Assembly (NCBI GenBank): GCA_963825765.1
Contig: CAWGUU010000018.1
Span: 16,401-80,400 of the forward strand
Direction of reading: 5' to 3'
Origin: an uncultured Acidimicrobiia bacterium
GTDB taxonomy: Bacteria > Actinomycetota > Acidimicrobiia > Acidimicrobiales > AC-14
Length of the DNA stretch: 64,000 nucleotides
The notes under the pieces were generated by a model, which was given only the letters and a program-made list of their open reading frames with translations, was not told the origin of the DNA and did no database searches. The translations under genes and the position numbers were made by a program. Positions 39,276 to 49,520 of this stretch are shown here, one piece after another. Position 1 is the first letter of the stretch, and every line of letters begins with the position of its first letter.

Positions 39276-41417
39276 ATGCATCCCACCCACGACACAGCAC
39301 CGACGGTCCACGACGACGATGGGATCGACACCGGAGTCGGACACCCAGACGGCCACGACCAGCCGGCGGGTGAGCACGGCGACACCGGGAGCCATGGAGG
39401 TCATGGTGACCACGTCGCCATGTTCCGACGGCGGTTCTGGTGGAGCCTGCTCCTGACGATCCCCCTCGTGGCTACCAGCCACATGGTCATGGACTGGCTC
39501 GGCTACGAGATCGACTTCCCCGCCATGGCCTGGGTCGGGCCCGTCCTCGGCACCGGCATCTTATTCTGGGGTGGTTGGCCCTTCCTCTCCGGTGGATGGT
39601 CGGAGGTCCGCGGTCGTCGTCCCGGGATGATGCTCCTCATCTCCATGGCGATCACGGTGGCCTACACCGCGTCGCTGGCCACGAGCCTGGGATGGTTCGA
39701 CCTCGACTTCTGGTGGGAGCTGGCGGCGCTGATCACGATCATGCTCCTGGGTCACTGGCTGGAGATGCGGGCCCTGGGCCAGGCCCAGTCGGCGCTGGCC
39801 GCCCTGGCCGCGCTGCTGCCCGACGAGGCAGAGCGGGTCCGCCCCGGCGGCGAGATCGAGACGGTGTCGACCTCGGTCCTCGGGCGCGCCGATGTGGTGC
39901 TCGTGCGGGCCGGCGGGCGCGTGCCGGCCGACGGCGTCGTCGTGGACGGCGAGGCCGAGCTGGACGAGTCCATGGTCACTGGCGAATCCCGCCCGGTGGC
40001 CAAGGGCGCCGGCGACCCGGTCATCGCCGGCACGGTGGTGACCGATTCGGCCCTCCGCGTCCGGGTGGAGGCGGTCGGCGACGACACCGCCCTGGCCGGC
40101 ATCCAGCGCCTGGTGGCCGAGGCCCAGGCATCTCGGAGCCGGGCCCAGGCCCTTGCCGACCGCTTCGCCGCCCTGCTGTTCTATGTCGCGGCCGGCTCCG
40201 CGGTGGTCACCTTCGTGGGCTGGTGGGCGGCGGGCTCGCTCGACGACGCGGTGGTGCGCACCGTCACCGTGCTGGTCATCGCCTGCCCCCACGCCCTCGG
40301 CCTGGCCATCCCCCTGGTGGTCTCGTTGTCGACGGCCGTGGCCGCCCAGGCCGGCATCCTGATCAAGGACCGGCTGGCCCTGGAGCGCATGCGCACCGTC
40401 GATGCGGTGCTGTTCGACAAGACCGGGACCCTCACCAAAGGTGAGCACGCCCTCACTGCCGTGGCCGGGGTCGGCTTCGACGAGGATCAGGTCCTGCGCA
40501 TGGCGGGTTCGGTCGAGTCCGACAGCGAGCATCCGTTGGCCCGGGCCATCGTGGCCGCGGCCCACCAGCGCGGCTCGGTGTCGCCCGCCAGCCAGTTCCG
40601 CTCCATCGTCGGCCGGGGCGTGGAGGCCACGGTTGACGGTCAGCGCTACGCCGTCGGGGGTCCCGCCCTGCTCCGGGAGCGTCAGCTCACCGAACCGGTT
40701 TCGCTGAAGGAGGCTGCCGATCAGTGGCGGTCGCGGGGCGCGGCGGTCCTCTACCTCGTGCGCGGGGACGAGATAGTCGGTGCGCTCGCCCTTGAGGACG
40801 AGATCCGGCCGGAGGCGGCCGAGGCCGTGGCCGAGCTGCGCCGGATCGGCCGGCGGGTGGTGATGATCTCCGGCGACGCCCGCCAGGTGGCAGAGTCCGT
40901 CGGTGCCGCCCTCGGGTTCGACGAGGTCATGGCCGAGGTCCTGCCCGAGGACAAGGACGCCAAGGTGGCCGAGCTGCAGGCCCGGGGCCTGCGGGTGGCG
41001 ATGGTGGGCGACGGGGTCAACGACGCCCCCGCCCTGGCCCGGGCCGATGTGGGCATCGCCATCGGCGCCGGGACCGACGTGGCCATGGAGTCCGCCGGCG
41101 TCGTGCTCGCCTCCAACGATCCTCGGGCGGTGGTGTCGGTCATCCGACTGTCCCAGGCCAGCTACCGCAAGATGATCCAGAACCTGGCCTGGGCCGCCGG
41201 CTACAACATCCTCGCCATCCCCCTGGCGGCGGGTGCGTTCTCGTGGGCCGGCATCACCCTGTCGCCCGCCGTCGGGGCCATCCTCATGAGCGGCTCGACC
41301 ATCGTCGTCGCTCTCAATGCCCAGCTCCTGCGGCGCATCCAGCTCCGACCCACGACCTCTGCCGCCGATTACTCGCAGGAGCCACATGAAGCTCTCCCGT
41401 CCGCTCGTAGCGCGTGA
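39276..41417 (+). CDS. copA: heavy-metal (copper) P1B-type ATPase, CPH type with His-rich N-terminus
   Basis: TAGGAGGAGG RBS; CPHALGLA, DKTGTLT, GDGVNDAPAL; N-terminus HDDDGIDTGVGHPDGHDQPAGEHGDTGSHGGHGDH instead of CxxC. Confidence 0.9.
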   Translation: MHPTHDTAPTVHDDDGIDTGVGHPDGHDQPAGEHGDTGSHGGHGDHVAMFRRRFWWSLLLTIPLVATSHMVMDWLGYEIDFPAMAWVGPVLGTGILFWGGWPFLSGGWSEVRGRRPGMMLLISMAITVAYTASLATSLGWFDLDFWWELAALITIMLLGHWLEMRALGQAQSALAALAALLPDEAERVRPGGEIETVSTSVLGRADVVLVRAGGRVPADGVVVDGEAELDESMVTGESRPVAKGAGDPVIAGTVVTDSALRVRVEAVGDDTALAGIQRLVAEAQASRSRAQALADRFAALLFYVAAGSAVVTFVGWWAAGSLDDAVVRTVTVLVIACPHALGLAIPLVVSLSTAVAAQAGILIKDRLALERMRTVDAVLFDKTGTLTKGEHALTAVAGVGFDEDQVLRMAGSVESDSEHPLARAIVAAAHQRGSVSPASQFRSIVGRGVEATVDGQRYAVGGPALLRERQLTEPVSLKEAADQWRSRGAAVLYLVRGDEIVGALALEDEIRPEAAEAVAELRRIGRRVVMISGDARQVAESVGAALGFDEVMAEVLPEDKDAKVAELQARGLRVAMVGDGVNDAPALARADVGIAIGAGTDVAMESAGVVLASNDPRAVVSVIRLSQASYRKMIQNLAWAAGYNILAIPLAAGAFSWAGITLSPAVGAILMSGSTIVVALNAQLLRRIQLRPTTSAADYSQEPHEALPSARSA

Positions 41418-41807
41418 TCGCCATAGGCCTTGTCGACATGGCGTGCGGTGGCGCCTACAGGCCCACGACCAGCGCAGGCAACAAAGGGGCACCCGCACTG
41501 TCGAGTTGTCGATGGTAGACAACCGTTTCGAGCCCGCCGCCCTCACTGGGGGGCGGGCGAGAAGGTCAAGTTCGTCATCCGCAACAACGGCAGCGTCGTC
41601 CATGACGCCTTCGTCGGCGATGCCGCCGCCCAGGCCATGCACGAGACCGACGCGATCGCCGCCGCCGCCGACCCCGTGGTCACCGTCGAGCCGGGCATGA
41701 CCGGCACGCTCACCCACACGTTCGACCAGGCAGGTGACGTCGAGATCGGCTGCCACGAACCTGGCCACTTCGCCGGTGGAATGAAGATGGATGTTGCGGT
41801 CTCCTGA
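41386..41807 (+). CDS. cupredoxin (plastocyanin/azurin-like) lipoprotein, reading frame broken by at least 2 indels at G-runs (41486..41489, 41548..41553)
   Basis: pieces MKLSRPLVA / IAIGLVDMACGG / TVELSMVDNRFEPAALT / GEKVKFVIRNNGSVVHDAF...GCHEPGHFAGGM (type-1 Cu ligands H,C,H,M) in three frames. Confidence 0.6.
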
Positions 41808-42595
41808 CTGCCCGGGGGCAGCCCGCCCGGCGGCCGGTGGGGGGCGGGTGGTAACGCCCGACGATGGCGCGCACGGTCACAGTCGGGCAGGCCTTCTGCG
41901 CCGCCACCCGCTGCTATCCGCTCTCCTCGCGCTGACCCTGGGACTGGTCGGCATCTGGGGCGTCCGGCTCTGGCATCTCCAGCAAGAGGTCGATCGCTAC
42001 CGCCGCTACTGGTCGCGGGCCAGGGGCGAGCCCGGTGGGATCCTCTACGTGCGCCCTCGGGGATTCGACCGCTCAGGGGATCGGTGCCAGTGGACCGGAC
42101 AAGGGCTACGTCGGGTTGATCGCAGACCGACTCCGGGCGGCGAAGGGCCGCCCGGTGCAGGTCATCAACCTCAGCCGCACGGGGGCACGTGTCGACGACG
42201 TCGTCGCAGACCAGCTGCCGAAGCTGGCCGGGCTGACCCCCGACGTCGTCACCGTCGCGGTTGGCGGCAACGACATCCGGCACTACGACGCCGTCCGCTT
42301 CCGCTCCGACGTCGATGCGTTGATCGCAGGGTTGCCGGCCGGCGCCGTGGTGGGCGACGTCCCGTGGTTCATGCACGGGGGCACGGGGCGAGACTCCGCC
42401 GAGGCCGCCGCATATGTGACCCAGGTCGCCGAATCCCGAGGGCTGCCGGTCGCAGGGCTCCACGAAGCGATGCAGCGGAGGGGTTGGGCGAGCATGCTCA
42501 CCGACTTCTCCGCGGACTGGTTCCATCCGAGCAACCGGGGCTATCGGATCTGGGCTGACGCATTCTGGGAGGCGGTGAACAAGCCCCGGCGCTGA
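41791..42595 (+). CDS. SGNH/GDSL hydrolase with N-terminal TM, single-nt indel near 42050
   Basis: ALGDSTAQG (block I), VGGNDI (block III), DWFHPS (block V); N-terminal TM segment in adjacent frame. Confidence 0.6.
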
Positions 42596-42932
42596 CGGCG
42601 CTGAGACTCCCGCCGTCGCAGTTTCCGTGGCGGGCCTCAAGACATCCTGATCCGGGCGACCCAACTGCCTGGTCGGCGCGGTCCGAGGCCCAGGAGCGCG
42701 CCTCGAGGAGCCGGTACTGAGGGGTGGGCCGCCGACTGCCGCGTGGGAACCCGGCGCTTAACCCGTGGGGACGGTGACCAATGCATCGGGAAAGTCCGGG
42801 TCAACCCGTACATGTGAACCGCCCACGCACGCGCACTGCGTCCCGCTGCGGCCCGTAGGGGCGACGGCGGATCTGGCGGAGTGAGATATTCGAGGAAGGA
42901 GCTATTCGCGTCGGGAGCGTCGCCTGGGTGCT

Positions 42933-43433
42933 GTGACACCCGCCGGTTCCTGCTTGGACGAGCCCCTGCTGGCGAGGCTGGGTCTTCGAGCCGGGGAGGT
43001 CGCTGCCCTCGAGCTGGGTGACGTCGACTGGCGGGCCGGGGAGATCCTGGTGCGGGGCAAGGCACGACGCCAGGACCACCTCCCGCTTCCCGTCGAGGTG
43101 GGCGAGGCGCTGGTGGCCTACCTGCGCGACGGTCGTCCGTGCTGCCAGTGGCGGCAGCTGATCGTCACCCTCTACGCGCCCTTCCGGCCGATCCATCCCA
43201 GTTCCATCACCAACGTCGTCTATCGCGCCTGCCGGCGAGCCGGAATTGCCCGGGTTGGCGGTCACCGTCTGCGCCATGCCCTGGCCACCGAGATGCTGCG
43301 CCAGGGCGGGGACCTGATCGAGATCGCCCAGGTGCTGCGTCATTCCGACCTGGGGACCACCTCCGGCTACGCCAAAGTCGACCGGGTCGCGCTGCTCATA
43401 GTGGCCCAGCCCTGGCCGGGGACGGAGCGATGA
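42933..43433 (+). pseudogene. tyrosine recombinase fragment (catalytic C-terminal domain only; RitA-like, 5'-truncated)
   Basis: [44 protein letters not shown] (R..HxxR..Y); stops in all frames upstream. Confidence 0.6.
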
Positions 43434-44359
43434 GCAGCTTCGCCGACCACGCCCAGGACTACCTGCGACTCCGACGGGCCCTGGGCCACGAACTGGCTGA
43501 GGCCACCCGGCTGCTCCCCCGCTTCGTGGCCCACCTGGACTCGGTCGGGGCCACGACCATCACCGTCGAGATCGCCCTGGCCTGGGTGCGGCGTCCCGAC
43601 GCGGACCCGACGAGCTCCGTGTGGTTCCGGCGCATGACCGTGGTCCGGGGCTTCGCCCGCCACATGTCGGGCATCGACGCCGCCACCGAGGTCCCGCCGC
43701 TCGGGTTGGTGAGCTTCCGGCGGCACTGGCGGCCGCCGTTCATCTACTCCCGCGACGACGTCGTGGCGTTGATGGCCGAGGTCCCCCGGCACACCCCCTC
43801 ACCCCTGCGGGCGGCGACCTTCCAGACCATGATCGGACTGTTGGCGGCCACCGGCATGCGGGTGGGCGAGGCCATCGGCCTGGCCCGTCGCGACGTGGAC
43901 GCGGTCGGGGGAGTGATCACCGTCAGGGCCTCCAAGTTCAACAAGTCCCGGGAGCTGCCACTGGAGCCGACCACGGTGCACGCGCTCGGGGCCTATGCCG
44001 AGGTCCGAGACCGGTTCGTGTCGGCGCCCACCAGCCCCACTTTCTTCCTCTCCCGGGCCGGGACCCCGGTGATCTACACCGACTTCGGAACCAAGTCCCG
44101 CATCCTGGTCGATGCCGCCGGGGTGGGGGCCGACTCGCCGGTGCGGCCCCGTGTCCATGACCTGCGCCATTCGTTCGCGGTCGCCACCCTGGTGCGCTGG
44201 TATCGGGCGGGCGAAGACGTGGGCGCCCTGCTGCCGAGGCTGTCGACCTACTTGGGCCACCTGTCGCCCGGCTACACGTACTGGTATCTGTCGGCTGCCC
44301 CCGAGCTGCTGGCCCTGGCCGCCGGCCGCGTGGAGGCGGCGGAGGCGTCCCGACCGTGA
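43430..44359 (+). CDS. tyrosine recombinase (RitB-like), 309 aa
   Basis: MRVGEAIGLARRDVD, HDLRHSFAVA, LGHLSPGYTYWYL. Confidence 0.75.
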   Translation: MSSFADHAQDYLRLRRALGHELAEATRLLPRFVAHLDSVGATTITVEIALAWVRRPDADPTSSVWFRRMTVVRGFARHMSGIDAATEVPPLGLVSFRRHWRPPFIYSRDDVVALMAEVPRHTPSPLRAATFQTMIGLLAATGMRVGEAIGLARRDVDAVGGVITVRASKFNKSRELPLEPTTVHALGAYAEVRDRFVSAPTSPTFFLSRAGTPVIYTDFGTKSRILVDAAGVGADSPVRPRVHDLRHSFAVATLVRWYRAGEDVGALLPRLSTYLGHLSPGYTYWYLSAAPELLALAAGRVEAAEASRP

Positions 44360-45344
44360 GCCTGCTCGCTCCCACCCTGCAGCTGTTCTTCACCGAGCGG
44401 CTGGCCAAGCAGCGCCAGGCCAGCCCGGCCACGGTGACCTCCTATCGCAACACCTTCCGGCTCCTGCTGCGCTTCGTGCAGGAGACCACCGGCAAGGCCC
44501 CCTCCACCCTGGATTGGGCCGACCTGGACGTCGAGGTGATCTCGGCCTTCCTGGACCACCTCGAGACCGACCGCCACAACAGCGCCCGCAGCCGCAACAC
44601 CCGCCTGGCCGCGCTTCGTTCGCTGTTCCGCTACGCCGCCCTCCGCCACCCAGAGCACGCCCAGCTCATCGCCCAGGTGCTGGCCATCCCCCAGAGCGCT
44701 ACGACAAGACCATCGTGGCGTTCCTCGAGCCCGAGGAGGTCGACGCCCTCTTGGCCGCTCCCGACCTGAGTTGGTGGGAGGGACGGCGCGACCGGGCGCT
44801 GATGGCCCTGGCCGTGCAGACCGGCCTGCGCCTCTCCGAGCTGACGGGGATCCGCTGCGGTGACATCGAGCTCGGCAACGGCGCCCACCTGCGCTGCACC
44901 GGCAAGGGTCGCAAGCAGCGCTGCGTCCCGCTGACGGCCTCGACCGTCGCCGTTCTCCGGGTTTGGCGTCGGGAGCGGGGTGGCCTGCGTGATGATCCGC
45001 TGTTCCCCACAAGAACCGGGCGGCGCCTCAGCGACGATGCCGTCGAGGCCAGGGTCGCGACCCACAAGGCGACGGCCACCACCCGCTGTCCGTCCTTGGC
45101 CACCAAGCGCCTGACGCCCCACGTCCTGCGCCACACCTGCGCCATGGTCCTGCTGCGAGCCGGGGTCGACGTCGCCGTCATCGCCCTCTGGCTCGGGCAC
45201 GCCGACATCCGCTCGACGCAGATCTACCTCCACGCCGACCTGAGCATCAAGGAACGAGCGCTCGCCCGCACCACGCCTGCGACCTCCAAGCCAGGGCGCT
45301 ACCGACCTCCCGACAGCTTGCTGGCGTTCCTCGAGAACCTGTGA
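44356..45344 (+). CDS. tyrosine recombinase (RitC-like), frameshifted in C5 run 44688..44692
   Basis: N-terminal SAM-like domain in one frame, then ...RYDKTIVAFLEPEEVDALL...LRLSELTGIRCGDIEL...HVLRHTCAM...IYLHAD in next frame. Confidence 0.7.
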
Positions 45345-45475
45345 TTATCCCGACCTCGGGGGGCATGCCCGCTCACCAGCGGGGCCCCCCGCCGACTGGG
45401 CCGACGCGGCGCGGGCCCGAGCCACGTCGGGATAATCGCGAGGTCGGGATAAGTCCAGTTACTCCGAAATCGGGG

Positions 45476-45772
45476 TTACTGGACGACTTCGCCCTCCAGC
45501 CGATGGACGGCCTCGACACCTCCGACGTCTACGACCTCATCGTGGAACGGCACCGGGTGGCCTCCACCGTGGTCACCTCCAACCGGGAGCCGATCGAGTG
45601 ACTGGGCCAGATGGCCGACGCCCTGCTGGCCCAGTCGGCCATCGACCGGCTGCAGTCGGCGGCCTACGAGCTGGTGCTCGACGGCGAGTCATACCGCCGC
45701 CGCCAGAAGCCGGGCCTCGACGTCGGCTCGACCACGCCCCGCCCCCGCCGACGCCGGCGGCCGACGGCATGA
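45476..45772 (+). pseudogene. istB: IS21-family helper ATPase IstB, 3' fragment with in-frame TGA
   Basis: LLDDFALQPMDGLDTSDVYDLIVERHRVASTVVTSNREPIE*LGQMADALLAQSAIDRLQSAAYELVLDGESYR matches IstB C-terminus. Confidence 0.7.
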
Positions 45773-46276
45773 CCACGACGTTCCGGACGCAGGTGCTCTA
45801 CCTCCCGCCGACGCCGCTCGGCCTGCTCCCCGGGCGATGGGCGGTCGAGCACCACTGCTCCCTCTGCCGGAGCAGGGTCGCTCCCGACGACCTCATCCGG
45901 CACGCACAGGATCACTCGGCCATGACCACCCAGGACGCAGGGCGCGACCGGGTTCCTTGACCACAGCGACGGCATCGTCCATCATCGCCAAGTCGGTGCT
46001 GGTGACCCCGGAAGTGGTCCCATGCCACTGGCGAAACGATGGTCCCATCGGGCTGGCGGGCGACATCACGGCGTCGAGCCCCCTCGTACAGGCGGTCACC
46101 CGGTCGTGTCCTCGACGCCGCCCGGACGGGGTTGGCCCGGACGAGGGGAAGACGTCGACGACATCCGCCGGGAGGTCGCCCTTCGTGAACGTGGGACAGG
46201 TCGGCCACCGGACGGCGCGCTCGCCGGCAGCTACAAGATGCCGACGGCTCGCTGCCGGTGGCGACTGGCCCGTTGC

Positions 46277-46513
46277 TCAGGCGACCCGGCGAGACGGCGT
46301 ATGGCCGCCACCGAGTTGGCGGGAGATCGACCTCTGCTGCTCCAGAGCGTGGTCGGACGTTCCTTTGGAGCGGTTCGGGTTCGGCATCACGTCGACGATG
46401 TCATCGCGAAGCCGACCTCCGGGATCAGGGTTGATACCCCCAGTATAAGAGCCTCCAACCTGCATGTGATGGGGACTCTGAGGGTCCTTCCGCGTTGCAT
46501 TTACCAGTGCCAT
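46277..46513 (-). CDS. hypothetical small protein in lower-GC region
   Basis: GGAGGTGA RBS 5 nt before ATG (MALVNATRKDP...); atypical codon usage; otherwise unsupported. Confidence 0.25.
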   Translation of the reverse strand: MALVNATRKDPQSPHHMQVGGSYTGGINPDPGGRLRDDIVDVMPNPNRSKGTSDHALEQQRSISRQLGGGHTPSRRVA

Positions 46514-47477
46514 GTGGATCACCTCCACTGTTCAACGAGGTTTCAAGGCACCGCTTACATTGTACTCCTCGGGGTGCAGTTTTCAACGAAAGATTCTTTT
46601 TTCGGCCTCGGCGATGGCACGCATCGAATTGCCAGTCCACTCCGCCCCCAGCATCCTCAGCCGGCGCCAAGGGGGTGAGTGTTCACGTACTATCGGAGAT
46701 GGGTTCTCCGCACAATCTGACTCTAGACATGGGACCTCTAGACATGGGACGAGGCCAATTGTTGTGCCGCCGATCCGAATATCTGCAGCACATACGACGT
46801 TCTCCTCCGGCGTCAGCAGCCGCTTGCGCCGCGCCGGCCCCTAACCCTCGGCCATGTGGAGCCTCCCTCTCGTCGGGCTCGGGCACCGTAGAAGATGCGG
46901 AGTGTTCAACCGCGGCTGCGAACACTGAGTCAAACGCAAACCACATCCGCGCGTTCGCTGACTTCAATCGGTGCGTCCCCTTTTCGGGTGGTGGACTGGT
47001 TCGCCCCCGCCACCGTCATCCGCCAGAGGGCGCAGGTGATGGATCAGGTCATCGAGGGGGGGACTTTGGTTGGCCACGGGTGGGGACGTTCGCATGGCCA
47101 CGGACAGGCGTCGCCCCTTCGGACGAGAGCCAGGGTCGGGCCCCGCTCAGTATTGAGCGATCGCCTGAATCAGGCCTGTATCTCTACCCTCCTCGACCGG
47201 GGGTCCCCTCGCCCCGAGAACTGCGGGACGGTGAGCGAGTCCAGGTCGCCCGAGCCAGTGACATAGGCGCGTCCGCCGCGGCTGACGACGGGCAGATCGA
47301 GGTGGCTGAAGCCGGCACCCGAGGGAGGATGGCAGTCCGAGTCCACGGCGGGCGGCCGTGGCCGGGTCGTGAGGCAGGTGGTGGTTCGGCCGACCGAGCG
47401 CGCCTCCCCGGCAAGGCGAGAACCGCGTGCCGCGCCGTCCGCCCACAAGAGTCGCTGACCGTGCCCCGGACATGACG

Positions 47478-48068
47478 TTAGGACCCGAGCGCGAGCTCGG
47501 CCTTGCTGAGCTGCTGGGCAGCCTCGGCCAGCACGTGACCGAGGAGCTCGGTGATGATCAGTACCATCCCGTGCCGGACGCTCGCGGGAAGCCAGTCGTC
47601 AACCGCGCGACCCTCCGCCACCCGGGCCAGGCGCTCGGACTCCGCCGCGAGCACGGAGATCATCTCGTCGGGATCCCAGCGGTGGTAGCCGGCGATCGGC
47701 TCGCTCAGATGGCAGCGCGTCTCGACGGGACGAACATCGCGGGACAGGCGCTCCAAGTGGTCGGCCGTTGCGTGGACGAGATCCCGGACGCATATGAGGC
47801 GTTCGATGGCGGTCGGGGACCCCGGGGCGTGCCGTCGGCAGCTTCGTTCCCTTCTGGTCCCGTCGATGAGCCGCTCGCCCAGCAGGTCCCGGAAGTCTTC
47901 GGGCAAGGAGCGGACGAGCTCGACGACGTTGCTCATGGCGACTCGGTCCGCCTCGAACGCGACCGAACCCTTCTCGCCCGCCGAGGGCGGCCAGAGGTTT
48001 TGACCGACCCACCAGCGCGGCGATCCAGCCGAAGCACCAGCCGTCCCCGGGGAGTGCTCGACGGTCAT
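47478..48068 (-). CDS. hypothetical protein, possibly DinB/MDMPI-like
   Basis: more protein-like than the fully overlapping plus-strand ORF; weak family resemblance only. Confidence 0.3.
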   Translation of the reverse strand: MTVEHSPGTAGASAGSPRWWVGQNLWPPSAGEKGSVAFEADRVAMSNVVELVRSLPEDFRDLLGERLIDGTRRERSCRRHAPGSPTAIERLICVRDLVHATADHLERLSRDVRPVETRCHLSEPIAGYHRWDPDEMISVLAAESERLARVAEGRAVDDWLPASVRHGMVLIITELLGHVLAEAAQQLSKAELALGS

Positions 48069-48364
48069 GGGTGGGCCGAGAGATCAACGACCGAGTCGCT
48101 CCCGCCGTACTCGTTCGGCTGGTAGCCGTCAAACGCCTCGTCGTTGAACCACCTGCCGCCCTCGGCCAGGTAGCGGAACGCGTAACGCCTCGCGGCCTCG
48201 ACGGTGACCGACGCCGTGCGCTGGTCGCGGTGCTTGCGCAGCGACGTGGCCGTGGGGTCCCATCCTGTTGAAATCTCCAACCACGGCGACCGGGCCGTCG
48301 ATCCCGTTCTCGCCCACGATGAACACCTTGACGTGGTCGCTGCCCCTTTTGGGCTCGCAGCGGA

Positions 48365-48877
48365 TCATGGCTCGTCTCGTTGGTCGGCGAGGTACCTATT
48401 GCTCCCGGCCGGGTGAGCGGAGATCGACCGCCGCTCTGCAGGGGTCCGCTCTCCGGCCGATGGAAGGGACCGTCCCCGAAACGGTGTGGAGCGTCCGGTG
48501 ACGCGGACAGCGGGGGCCAAGCCGGTCGCATCCAAGCCTCGGTGCACGGCATCGCAGGGGTCGGCGAGGATCAACTCGCCGCCCCGGGTGGAGGCCGAAG
48601 TTGCCGCGCCCCGGAAGACGGCCCAGCCACCCTCCTCCACCCGGGTCAGGTCTAGAAGATCGACCACGACCCTCAGGTTCCCTTGGTTCTCGATCAGGTC
48701 TTCCAGCACGTGTTCGAGCTGGGCACATCCGGAGGTGTCCAGCGTGCCGTGGACCGTCACGACCACGAGGCCAGGAGCGCGGCCGACGGAGAACCGGAAG
48801 GCCGACGGCGGGGTCGTGGGGGCTACTCGGGGGCTGGGCGGCGGGCGGTGTCCGTCGGACGGGGCCGCGGCCGACAT
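48365..48877 (-). CDS. STAS-domain protein (anti-sigma factor antagonist-like)
   Basis: LVVVTVHGTLDTSGCAQLEHVLEDLIENQGNLRVVVDLLDLTRVEEGGWAVF...; start/stop uncertain. Confidence 0.45.
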   Translation of the reverse strand: MSAAAPSDGHRPPPSPRVAPTTPPSAFRFSVGRAPGLVVVTVHGTLDTSGCAQLEHVLEDLIENQGNLRVVVDLLDLTRVEEGGWAVFRGAATSASTRGGELILADPCDAVHRGLDATGLAPAVRVTGRSTPFRGRSLPSAGERTPAERRSISAHPAGSNRYLADQRDEP

Positions 48878-49520
48878 CGAGTCGTGACTCACCTTCCCGG
48901 GACCCGCGCGGCCCGAGCTGCCAGTCCACGACGAAGTCGGATGCTTCAGCGGGCGCCACCTTGACGGCCAGGCGTGCCAGGTGGCCAGCCGGGATCGGGG
49001 CGCGCCGGCTGCGGGGCGCGGCTGCCACTCGGCACGAGGGCGACGGCTTGGGCGGAGCGGGCCTGTAACCCAGTTGTGTTGACATTCGCTTCCCTCCACG
49101 TCATGGCTGTGGAGGCCCGGCCCCAGCCAGGAAGAGCGGGGCCTCTCCGGCGACGAGCTGGTCAGCTCCTTCCGGGCGTCGGAACAGTTGTCTTCGCGAT
49201 GCGCGGCGCTGGCGCCACCACCCGTGGCGTAGCGGGCGGCAAACGCCGTTCGAGGCGACGACGCCGACGTGCTTCCGAGACGGCCCACATGGCGAGATGC
49301 ATCTGCCGATCGCCGCGCATTGGAACCACCCTTCCGTCCGCTGATCTGGATGCTGAAACTCGTTGCCGACGCGCCAACCCGATGCGTCCGCGACTCAGAC
49401 CTTTTCACTCAGAAGGGGCGGCCAGCTAGGCGGATGTCTACGGGAAACTGCTCAGTACGACTACGGGGGCGCCCGACACTCTTAGGCGACTCAACCCCAC
49501 TAGCACGCGGTGGCTACGGC

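Larger units (their letters stand above)
42933..45460 (+). mobile_element. recombinase-in-trio (RIT)-like element: three tandem tyrosine recombinase genes with overlapping stop/start; first gene 5'-truncated
   Basis: three consecutive Tyr-recombinase ORFs (ATGA overlaps at 43430 and 44356); 14-bp inverted repeat ttatcccgacctcg(45346)/cgaggtcgggataa(45439) after the third gene. Confidence 0.6.

Noticed and set aside
47427-48125. 232-aa forward ORF fully overlapping the reverse 196-aa ORF
   Set aside because: Both strands are open here. Forward translation is R/G/P-rich and motif-free. The reverse one was kept with low confidence.
48065-48368. Two short overlapping reverse ORFs (71 and 79 aa) between DinB-like and STAS genes
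   Set aside because: Could be one frameshifted small gene, but no recognisable motif or translation signals.
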